Positions 12,040-23,285 of a stretch of 64,000 nucleotides of DNA are shown here, in pieces. Each line of letters opens with the position of its first letter. Within the stretch, counting starts at the first letter, position 1. The position numbers and the translations under genes were made by a program. The notes under the pieces were generated by a model. That model was not told where the DNA came from. It ran no database searches and worked only from the letters and a program-made list of their open reading frames with translations. The stretch is taken from NCBI RefSeq assembly GCF_963921235.1, contig NC_086108.1, positions 102,116,001 to 102,180,000 of the forward strand. Reading direction: 5' to 3'. This DNA comes from Mobula hypostoma. Taxonomy: Eukaryota.

Positions 12040-15000
12040 TCAAGTTTTTGGATCATTGGGACCTCTTTTGGCGCAGGCGTGACCTGTACAAAAAGGACGG
12101 GTTACACTTGAATCCTAGGGGGACCAATATCCTGGCAGGGAGATTAGCAAGGGCTACTGAAGTGACTTTAAACTAGAATGGTTGGGGGGTGGGACTCAAA
12201 TTAAAGAGGCTAGGCGAGAGGAGGTTAGTTCACAACAGGGGGATGGGAATGAGTGCAGAGAGACAGAGGGGTGTAAAGTGAGGGTAGAAGCAAAAAGTAG
12301 TAAGGAGAAAAGTAAAAGTGGCAGGCCGACAAATCCAGAGCAAGCATTAAAAAGGGCCACTTTTCAACATAATTGTATAAGGGCTAAGAGAGTTGTAGAA
12401 GTGCGCCTGAAGGCTTTGTGTGTCAATGCAAGGAGTATTCGTAACAAGGTGGATGAATTGAAAGTGCAGATTGTTATTAATGATTATGATATAGTTGGGA
12501 TCACAGAGACATGGCTCCAGGGTGACCAAGGATGGGAGCTCAACATTCAGGGATATTCAATATTCAGGAGGGATAGACATGAAAGAAAAGGAGGTGGGGT
12601 GGCGTTGCTGGTTAGAGAGGAGATTAACGCAATAGAAAGGAAGGACATAAGCCGGGAAGATGTGGAATCGATATGGGTAGAGCTGCGTAACACTAAGGGG
12701 CAGAAGACGCTGGTGGGAGTTGTGTACAGGCCACCTAACAGTAGTAGTGAGGTCGGAGATGGTATTAAACAGGAAATTAGAAATGTGTGCAATAAAGGAA
12801 CAGCAGTTATAATGGGTGACTTCAATCTACATGTAGATTGGGTGAACCAAATTGGTAAAGGTGCTGAGGAAGAGGATTTCTTGGAATGTATGCGGGATGG
12901 TTTTTTGAACCAACATGTCGAGGAACCAACTAGAGAGCAGGCTATTCTGGACTGGGTTTTGAGCAATGAGGAAGGGTTGATTAGCAATCTTGTCGTGAGA
13001 GGCCCCTTGGGTAAGAGTGACCATAATATGGTGGAATTCTTCATTAAGATGGAGAGTGACATAGTTAATTCAGAAACAAAAGTTCTGAACTTAGAGGGGT
13101 AACTTTGAAGGTATGAGACGTGAATTAGCTAAGATAGACTGGCAAATGACACTTAAAGGATTGACGGTGGATATGCATTGGCAAGCATTTAAAGGTTGCA
13201 TGGATGAACTACAACAATTGTTCATCCCAGTTTGGCAAAAGAATAAATCAAGGAAGATAGTGCACCCGTGGCTGACAAGAGAAATTAGGGATAGTATCAA
13301 TTCCAAAGAAGAAGCATACAAATTAGCCAGAAAAAGTGGCTCACCTGAGGACTGGGAGAAATTCAGAGTTCAGCAGAGGAGGACAAAGGGCTTAATTAGG
13401 AAGGGGAAAAAAGATTATGAGAGAAAACTGGCAGGGAACATAAAAACTGACTGTAAAAGCTTTTATAGATATGTAAAAAGGAAAAGACTGGTTAAGACAA
13501 ATGTTGGTCCCCTACAGACAGAAACAGGTGAATTGATTATGGGGAGCAAGGACATGGCAGACCAATTGAATAATTACTTTGGTTCTGTCTTCACTAAGGA
13601 GGACATAAATAATCTTCCAGAAATAGTAGGGGACAGAGGGTCCAGTGAGGTGGAGGAACTGAGCGAAATATATGTTAGTAGGGAAGTGGTGTTAGGTAAA
13701 TTGAAGGGATTAAAGGCAGATAAATCCCCAGGGCCAGATGGTCTGCATCCCAGAGTGCTTAAGGAAGTGGCCCAAGAAATAGTGGATGCATTAGTGATAA
13801 TTTTTCAAAACTCGTTAGATTCTGGACTAGTTCCTGAAGATTGGAGGGTGGCTAATGTAACCCCACTTTTTAAAAAAGGAGGGAGAGAGAAACCGGGGAA
13901 TTATAGACCAGTTAGCCTAACGTCGGTGGTGGGGAAACTGCTGGAGTCAGTTATCAAAGATGTGATAACAGCACATTTGGATAGCGGTGAAATCATCAGA
14001 CAAAGTCAGCATGGATTTGTGAAAGGAAAATCATGTCTGACGAATCTCACAGAATTTTTTGAGAATGTAACTAGTAGAGTGGATAGGGGAGAACCAGTGG
14101 ATGTGGTATATTTGGATTTTTAAAAGGCTTTTGACAAGGTCCCACACAGGAGATTAGTGTGCGAACTTAAAGCACATGGTATTGGGGGTAAGGTATTGAT
14201 GTGGATGGAGAATTGGTTAGCAGACAGGAAGCAAAGAGTGGGAATAAACGGGACCTTTTCAGAATGGCAGGCAGTGACTGGTGGGATACCGCAAGGCTCA
14301 GTGCTGGGACCCCAGTTGTTTACAATATATATTAATGACTTGGATGAGGGAATTAAATGCAGCATCTCCAAGTTTGCGGATGACACGAAGCTGGGTGGCA
14401 GTGTTAGCTGTGAGGAGGATGCTAAGAGGATGCAGAGTGACTTGGATAGGTTGGGTGAGTGGGCAAATTCATGGCAGATGCAATTTAATGTGGATAAATG
14501 TGAAGTTATCCACTTTGGTGGCAAAAATAGGAAAACAGATTATTATCTGAATGGTGGCCGATTAGGAAAAGGGGAGGTGCAATGAGACCTGGGTGTCATT
14601 ATACACCAGTCATTGAAAGTGGGCATACAGGTACAGCAGGCGGTGAAAAAGGCAAATGGTATGCTGGCATTTATAGCGAGAGGATTCGAGTACAGGAGCA
14701 GGGAGGTACTACTGCAGTTGTACAAGGCCTTGGTGAGACCACACCTGGAGTATTGTGTGCAGTTTTGGTCCCCTAATCTGAGGAAAGACATCCTTGCCAT
14801 AGAGGGAGTACAAAGAAGGTTCACCAGATTGATTCCTGGGATGGCAGGACTTTCATATGAAGAAAGACTGGATGAACTGGGCTTGTACTCGTTGGAATTT
14901 AGAAGATTGAGGGGGGATCTGATTGAAACGTATAAAATCCTAAAGGGATTGGACAGGCTAGATGCAGGAAGATTGTTTCCGATGTTGGGGAAGTCCAGAA

Positions 15001-15310
15001 CGAGGGGTCGCAGTTTGAGGATAAAGAGGAAGCCTTTTAGCATCGAGATTAGGAAAAACTTCTTCACACAGAGAGTGGTGAATCTGTGGAATTCTCTGCC
15101 ACAGGAAACAGTTGAGGCCAGTTCATTGGCTATATTTAAGAGGGAGTTAGATATGGCCCATGTGGCTACGGGGATCAGGGGGTATGGAGGGAAGGCTGGG
15201 GCGGGGTTCTGAGTTGGATGATCAGCCATGATCATAATAAATGGCGGTGCAGGCCCGAAGGGCCGAATGGCCTACTCCTGCACCTATTTTCTATGTTTCT
15301 ATGTTTCTAT
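12040..15310 (+). mobile_element. Young CR1 LINE of a second subfamily, inserted into ORF1 of the preceding CR1
   Basis: Starts in ORF1 (FLDHWDLFW...DGLHLN); EN and RT with a few stops/frameshifts; (TTTCTATG)n tail. Confidence 0.95.
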
Positions 15311-15385
15311 CCTGGATTCTCTGTAACGACCACCGAACCTCCTATCTGTACCTCTAACTATCGAGTCCCCTATCACTACAATCAC
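15311..15385 (-). mobile_element. Displaced 5' piece of the 8593-12039 CR1 (ORF1 esterase GDS motif)
   Basis: VVIGDSIVRGTDRRFGGRYRESR joins directly to MVCCLPGA at 12039. Confidence 0.85.
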
Positions 15386-15943
15386 ATTAATTGTTGAAAT
15401 AATTTCATTTCCCAAAAAAAAAACATTCAGGGATTTGAACTTGTGTTTCCAAATTATTTCATAGCTTTCTAGATTTCTCATGTAGCAACGTATTCTTTAT
15501 GTCCCATTCAGGAGAGCTAAATGTGGAATCTATTATAGCTAACAACAACTGTATATCATGTTAAGGAAAAGAAAAGATCTAACTCTTCTGTGAAGGCAAA
15601 GTAGTCTTCCAGGTCAAGGTTAGTGAAGAAATTAACAGCGATCAAGTGCTGGTTGCTCTTGAACTTTAGCTGACCTCATGGGTCTGAGAAAGTATACAAG
15701 AGAGTCTGAGTTTGTGCTATTTGCACGACATAATATATAAATGCAAGTCAAGTAAGTCACTTTCCCAAGGCTTATTATTGTAAAGCCATTCACGTATGAA
15801 TTATAATGGAATCTACCTTTCCTCTTTCTTATAACAGTAGTTGCAAAGAAACCCAGTCACAGAACTGTTGTCAAAGAGTTGACTTGCCACTCCGTCAGAG
15901 TGAGAATTCAACCAGTTCAGCTTATTCTCCTGATGAACATCTG

Positions 15944-16610
15944 GAATATAAGAGCTGGGATGTGATGTTGAGACGTTATAAGGCACTGGTGAGGCCTCAT
16001 CTTGAGTATTGTGAACTGTGTTGGGCTCCTTATCAAAGAAAAGATGTGCTGGTATTGGAGTGGGTTCAGAGGTGGTTTACAAGGATGGTTCCAGGAATAA
16101 AAGGATTATCTTATGAGGAACATTTGATGGCTCTGAGCCTGTACTCGCTAGAAGTTAGAAAGAAGAAAGGGGACCTCATTTAAATCTTTTGAATGTTGAA
16201 AGGCCTAGACTGAGTAGATGTGGAAAAGATGTTTCCTGTGGTGAAGGAGTATCGGACAAGAGGTCACAGCCTCAGGATATTTAAGGCAAAGATTGATAAG
16301 TTCTTGATTGGCTATGGCATCAAGGGTTACGGGGAGAAGGTTAGGTAGTGCCGCTAAGGAGGGGGAAAATGGATCAGCCATGATTTATTGGCGGAGCAGA
16401 TTCAATAGGCCAAATTGCCTAATTCTGCTCCTATGCCTTATGCTCTTTATAATTGACTCCAACATCTTCCCAACCACTGAGGTCAGGCTAACTGGCCTAT
16501 GGTTTCCTTTTTCCTGCTTCTCTCCCTTCTTGAAGAGTGGGGTGACATCTGCAATTTTCTATTTTCCCAGAACCATTCCTGAATCTAGTGATTCTTGAAA
16601 GTTCATGGGT
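15944..16610. mobile_element. Old CR1 fragments (+ then -)
   Basis: EYKSWDVMLRRYKALVRPHLEYC and CR1 3' UTR. Confidence 0.75.
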
Positions 16611-18169
16611 TTTCCAGTTTGACAACGATGGCTTCTTTAACCTCTCTTTCAAATCACCTGTTTCCCCCCCCCCCGCCCATCCAAAATGTGCACTTTGTCA
16701 TCAGTAAAGGAGTGTCCCTTGTTCTTTAGGTGTAGATAAACAACCAAATCTTGACCTGAGGTGTTAGTCCTCCTATGTTCAGGGAAAACCCATCCCTGGA
16801 TAGAGGGGGTGGCCTCCCATCACCCATCAGCTACTTACAATGCAGTCCTAACATCTCTACCCTGGTATCTGCACAACAGTTCACACCTCCATTCATTCAA
16901 AGATGAGACTAATGACTCTTTTATTACCTTTACAGCTCTTAACAACCCTCATGTGATTGCTATAGCTTTAAACAACTCACAGAGTTTATAAACTGGGAAA
17001 CTACCCACCATAGACCAGAACCAAAGAAGTGGTGTAACATCTTCTTGTCAACACAGCAAGTCCAGTTGCCTTGATTTACAACTGCTTGTTGTACAATGAC
17101 CTGGATGACTGAGAACCTTCATAGACCAACTGTTAAAATCAGTAACAGTTACAACCATCCGGTTTCTGAACCAGAGTGAATAAATTAATTCACCACAATT
17201 CTGAACACCACGATCCTCTAAACTTCAGACCCATTTTCAAAGACTCTTTACAACTCATGTTTCAGTGTTATTTTTATTTGCACATTTTGTCTTTTGCACA
17301 TGGTTGTTTGTTGTCTTTGGCTGTTTATGTATAGTTTTTTTGTCAAATTCTGGTATATTTCATTTTCCCTGTAAATACGTGCAAGAAAATGAATTTCAAG
17401 GTAGCAAATGCTGACCTATGCATTATATGTTTTGATTATAAAATATCTTAGAGCTTAAAACTTGGAATTGAGTTGTCTTACCCAGAAATCAGACACGATC
17501 CCCATTTAGGTACACATAAAAAAAAATTACCTCAGGTTAGCTTGTCCTGGGTCATGTAGCACCCCTTGCAAAATTAGGCCAAACACTACTTTTTATGATT
17601 CACCTTAATGCAACTGGTGTTTGTGATGTTTGTTCATGTTAGTTATATCAAATGTCATTATGTCCACAACAACTGTTTCTGTGATTATTGGACTAAATTG
17701 TTGCATAAAATTGCAACCTTTGAATTCAGTAACTAAAAAGAATGAGGAGCAAACTCTGTAGTTGTGCGAGAATGGATTGTGAGTTAGATATTCCTAAAGT
17801 ATCGTTCACAGCCTCTGCCAGTCTCTTTTATTCATCCATCACTACATGTGGATCAGGACATATGACATTTCAGTGCTATGATGCAGTAATGTTAGACTGA
17901 TTGGCATATGCTTTACAATGGTGTCGTGCCTCATATCACAAGTTGAGGGTGGACATACACTCTGGAGATTGCTGCTTATTTTTCCAAAGTTCCTCAGATT
18001 CAGAGAATTTTAATTCTGCATCTTCCCCCTTTCTTTCCAGGCCCCAAAATGGGCCTTGAACTGAAATGTAGACTTTGTTAATTCCCATAGATGCTGCCAG
18101 AATCGCTGAATTCCACCAGCAATTTGTGTGTGTTGCTCAAAGAATATGCTATTAGATTGCAAAAAAAAA

Positions 18170-18750
18170 TTCAAAAGTTCGAAGTAAATTTATTATCAAA
18201 GTATGAACAGTATATGTCACCACATACTACCCTAAGATTTATTTTCTTGTAGGCATTCACAGTAGAACAAAGAAATACAATAGAATCAGTGAAAAACTAC
18301 ACAGAAAGACTGACAACCAATGTGCAAAAGATTACCAACTATACAAATACAATAATAATTATTATTATTAATAAATATGTAAATAAATAATACAGAGAAC
18401 ATGAGTTGTAGAGTCCTTGAAATCGAGTCCATAGGTTGTGGAATCAGTTCTGTGCTGAAGTGAGTGAAGTTATCCATGCTGGTTCTGGAGCTTGATGGTT
18501 GAAGAGTAATAACTGTTCCTGAACCTGGTGGGGTGGGACCCAAAGCTTCTGTGCCTCCTTGCCGGCGACAGCAGCAGGAAGACAGCATAGTCTGGATAGT
18601 GGGGTTCCCTGATGATGGATGCTGCTTTCTTGCGGCAGTGTGCCTTGTAGGTGTGATCAATGGTGTGGAGGACTTTGCATTTATCTGTAGTGGCTGCATC
18701 CACCACTATTTGTAGGTTTTTCCATTCTTGGGCATTTGTGTTTCTATACC
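18170..18750 (-). mobile_element. Rex1/Babar-like LINE 3' fragment
   Basis: [16 protein letters not shown] motif plus 3' UTR. Confidence 0.65.
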
Positions 18751-18779
18751 AACGTTCAAGAATGGCTGAAATAACCTAA

Positions 18780-19740
18780 TTATTCAAAAGAAGAGGGGAT
18801 GAAAGCAAGAAACTACAGGTCAGTTAGCTTAACATCTCTCAAAGGAAAATTATTAAAGATGTTATAGCAGGGCACCAAGGTAATCAGGTGAAGTCAGTAT
18901 GATTTTATGAAAAGGAAATCATGATTGATCAGTTTATTTTGATTGATTTACTTTATTAAGAAGTAGCACATGCGGTAAAAGGAAGCTAGTGGATATACTG
19001 TACTTAGAAAGCATTTGATAAGGTTCTACATTAAAGGCTATTATGAAAAGTAGAGTCTCTTAGCATATGATGTAGGATATTGGCATAGATGTGGGAAATT
19101 TTCTGGTTGGTAAACTGAATTAATGGATGTATCCAGGGATCAGTGTTGGAACCTCAACGCTTTTCAATTTATGTAAGTATCTTACATAAAGGCACTGAAA
19201 TTATAGTTGCTGAATTTGTTGATGATAGATAGATAAGTGATAAAGTAAGATAAAGAGCCAATAGCAATACTACAAAGGGAATAAGACCATAAGAGTTAGG
19301 AGCAGAATTCAGCCATTCGGCCTATCAAGTATGCTCTGCCATTTGATTATGGCTGATTTATTATCCCTCTCAACTCCATTCCCCGGCCTTCTCCCTTTAA
19401 ACTTTGACACCCTTACTCATCAGAAACCTACTAATTAGCCTCTGATTATACACAATAACTTGGGCTCCACAGCCATCTGCGGCAATACATTTCACAGATT
19501 CACCACCTCTGGCTAAAGAAATTCCTCCTCATCTGTGTTCTAAAGGGACATCTCTGTATTCTGAGGCTGTGTCCTCTCATCCTAGACTCTCCCACTATTG
19601 GAAGCATCCTCTTCATGTCCATTCTTTCTAGGCCTATTTGATAGGTTTCAATGAGATCCTTTTCATTCTTCTGAAGTCCAGCAAGTATAGGCTCAGAGCC
19701 ATCAATTGCTCCTCATACTGAATGCTAACCCTTTTATAAG
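18780..19740. mobile_element. Old CR1 fragments
   Basis: Decayed RT nucleotide similarity (+) and CR1 3' end (-) to other copies in the window. Confidence 0.65.
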
Positions 19741-19892
19741 CAACTGTGAACTTTGTATCCATCTGCCATTGGGCACCTGACAAATAATGTTTTAGCACAA
19801 TAATCTAAACGCTCCGCCAACATACTTATTTTCACTGCATTTGTGCTCAGTTCTGAGATTCATCTGAGGCCACCTGATTGACTAACAGTGCT

Positions 19893-20086
19893 TACACACA
19901 CAAAATGCTGGAGGAACTCAGCAGGTCAGGTAGTTATCTACAGAGAGGGATAAAAAGTCAATGTTTTGGGCCAAGACATTGATTGTTTATTCCTCTCCAT
20001 AGATGCTTCCTGACCTGCTGAATTCCTCCAGCATTGTGTGTGTGTTTTTCTGGATTTCTAATATTTGCAAAATCTCTTGTGTTTAC
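19893..20086. repeat. Palindromic Penelope pLTR derivative, older subfamily
   Basis: acacacacaaaatgctggaggaactcagcaggtcagg ... cctgacctgctgaattcctccagcattgtgtgtgtgt inverted arms. Confidence 0.7.
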
Positions 20087-21544
20087 GATTCTCTATTTTG
20101 TGCATCAATAGGGAAAATATCTGATATCCAAAATTCATTTTCCTAATGAAACATTGAGCAATCTCAGGGATGCTGAATCTCAGGGTTATATACTGCATTT
20201 ATCTTTTGATGATAAAAGTACTTTGAATCTTCGAAGAATACACTGAAACTGACACAAGTCGATAATTTTGACACAGAATGCTTTGTTATAGGGACTATTT
20301 TAAAGGGTCTCAGCCTGAAACGTCGACTGTACCTCTTCCTATAGATGCTGTCTGGCCTGCTGTGTTCACCAGCAATTTTTATGTGTGTTATTTTAACAAC
20401 CTTGTCACCTTTAAAATAAATAATAAACAAAAATGTAGAGGCAGAAACTGGGACGTAGATTCTAGGATTTAGAGGTAGGCACAGGATAACTCTGGTAAAG
20501 AGCCTAAAGGTACATGACAGGAAGACCAACCACATTTCCTATTGTGAACATCATAGGTACAGGGTGGAGAGAGTAATTGGATATGAAACATTCCTTCACG
20601 TATTTTGAATTAAGACAAAGTTAGATGCTAATAACTACTACATGACCATATTTGTTTTTATTTTAAACCAGAATGGAAATTACACGTTCATGTTCAGTTT
20701 CGGTGAAGACAGAAAGTTATAGCTTCTTTGCGTCCATCTGCCATGGATCTGGTTCTGTTATAAATTTTCCTGATTGTGAGGACCAGATGAAGTGGAAGAG
20801 TTTTTTTTTCTCTCTCTCTCCCCCCAAAATTGTCTGAACTGGATTGTTGGTAGCTTAGGCTTCTTCTCAAAAACAACGCCAATTGGTTGCAGTCCAATTT
20901 CAACGTAAGAGCACCAGTACTGGGCTAGGTGGAAGAAATTAAGCCTGCTACAATTATGGAAAGTAGCTGCTCTTTATTAAAATCTAAGATAATCTTTTCA
21001 TTCACACTTTACTACATAGCAGAAGCATACAAGTTACTACAGTCATCTGTACAGCAATGTACTGGTGCACATTAATAGCCTGCAAACATTTGAGTGGAAA
21101 GGGGGTAATATTTGATTCCCTGCAAAATGATGTGTTCTCAACATGCTTTAAAGGAGTATTAGGTCATTTACTACAGGGCTGTTGGTGAGAGTTCTATGGT
21201 GGGAATATTGGTTGCTATTTACCCACACTTTACGATAGTTGTTACAGTTTGAAAGCAGTTCTTTGTTGTCAAACTTCTCCAGAACATCCAGAGATCACAA
21301 AGTATGTTGATACAAATCCTACAGGCTGGATCCAATTACCCTTGTTTATGCAATACACATTTTAACCATGCGTTAACAAACTTAGCAACAATTGCCTGTT
21401 GAAATTCTACACATTACACATTAGCATCAGATATAATTCTCACAGAGAACAATGCAATGGGCATCTGTGATACAGCAATTGTTGTGAAGATGTGAAATGA
21501 CAGGAAATATGGAGAATATTAAAATTTCAGTGCAGCACACACAA

Positions 21545-22100
21545 CACTCCCCTTTGACTGTGTGGGAGGCTGGTGCAAAAATTTCAGGAGCCCTGGCAGA
21601 GGTAGTTAAAACATCCTTACCCATGGGTGAGGTGCTGGACACCGCAATATAGCTAATCTTTCTCTGTTGTTCAAGAAAGGCTTTAAGAATACACTGGGAA
21701 ATTATAGGCCTGTAACCCTGCCATCAGTATTAAGTAAATTATTGGAAGGTATTCTAACAGACCAGATATATAGTATTTGTGTAGACAAGGCCTGATTAGG
21801 GATAATCAACATAGCTTTGTGTGTGGTAGGCTGTATCTAACCAATCTTACAGAGATTTTCAAGCAGTTACTAGGAAAGTTTATGAAGGAAAGACAGTGGA
21901 TGTTGTCCACATGGATTTTAGCCAGTGCTTTGTCAAAGTCCTGCATGGGAGGTTAGTTCAGTTGCTCAACATTCAGAATAAGTTAGTAAAATGAATTCAA
22001 CATTTGCTTTGTAGGAAAAACCAGAAAGAGGTATTAAAAGGTTGCCTCTCTGACTAGAGGCCAACAACTAGTAATGTGCTACAAGGATCGGTGTTAGGAA
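21545..22100 (+). mobile_element. Old CR1 RT fragment
   Basis: Decayed similarity to CR1 copies at 8593 and 53017. Confidence 0.65.
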
Positions 22101-22617
22101 GCAATGGTCCTCTCCCTCCCATCTGTCAATCATCTCCTTCCTCACTTGGTTTGATTTATCTTTCACAGCCCCTACTCCCACTAATCTCTCTAGATTGGCT
22201 CCCTTCTTCCCCACTACACTCTCAGGGTCTTTATACAAAATGTCAACCATCCCTCTCTCACCACAGATGGTGCCTGGCCCACTGAGTTTATCCAGCTGTT
22301 GAGTTTGGCCTCAGGTTGTAGTATCTGCAGATTTTTGTGTTTCCACCTTTTCCATTTGTGTTTTCTGAAGATCGGGAATTAGATCCTGGCCCAAAATCTG
22401 GAGGTAGCAGTCTAAATATAACTTTTCCAAGGGGAACTAGAAGATAAACAGCTTCTACCCAATTTAAATATTGCCATATTTACATTAGCTGTAAAATTTC
22501 TTTCTCCAATTGATGCCTAACACAGTAGAGACTTGGAGTGAAATGCAGACAACCAAATATGTTGTACTTACATAAACAATCATTCAATGGGATTTGACCA
22601 GACTTTTAAGATACTTA

Positions 22618-22623
22618 TTTAAT
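22618..22623 (-). promoter_or_regulatory. Candidate polyadenylation signal (ATTAAA) for CLCA
   Basis: ATTAAA on the minus strand about 190 nt after the stop and before the first downstream repeat; position only, no transcript evidence. Confidence 0.3.
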
Positions 22624-22815
22624 ACATATTGGCTTTAAGGCTTTTACTTTCAAGTATGGCAGGCTCTGCAGACTAATAATGGAGGTTCATTGGGAAACTG
22701 TCTACTTCTATGTTGTAAAGTAATAAAAAGACTAAATGAGTTTGGTTGCTCTCTGAGAATAATTAGAGTAAAATTAAGGATGATCAATTCTAATATGCTG
22801 AAGCTGATAAGTTTT

Positions 22816-23285
22816 CTATCTGGGTGACACTTTCCGACGGCGTCTGGTAGCCACAATACAAACAGTGATGGCAATGATCACAGTCATTATAATTAGAATA
22901 CAACCAGCTATTACAAGAATTTCTGAAATATTAATCACCAGAGATTCATCAGTTTGGCTAGGTGAGCGCGACGTGGTTGCTGTTAGTGACGGTGTCTGAT
23001 TTGATGGTGTAGGTGGAGTAGATGGAATTGGTGTAGGTGAAGGCAAAACCAAGGCAGCCTGTGCTATATTTGACAACTCCGAAGTAAGGTTTACTTTATC
23101 GTGTGCTTTGATTCCAAAGTAGAGTACTGTCCCATTTTTCAGTTCAATATTCTCAGAGATCATAAACGATTCCTCTGATTTTGCAGTCTTTGGCTTCAAC
23201 CCGTTGGTATTGACCTTATGAGCAGATTGAAAATCATTTCTCAGCTGTGTAAAGTTTTTACTCATCCGTATTTCATAGTAGGAAG
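22816..23285 (-). CDS. CLCA: CLCA terminal exon 14 (470 bp coding): FnIII end, P/S/T stalk, TM helix, basic tail
   Basis: tag|[22 protein letters not shown]...[22 protein letters not shown]...[37 protein letters not shown]. Confidence 0.93.

Noticed and set aside
15838..15899. Possible plus-strand exon (tttcctctttcttataacag| ... |gtgaga)
   Set aside because: Splice-like ends only; the peptide is unrecognisable and there are no partner exons
20640..21540. Repeat-free block downstream of CLCA with a minus-strand AATAAA at 20973-20978
   Set aside because: Could be distal 3' UTR or regulatory DNA, but nothing in the sequence alone supports a call
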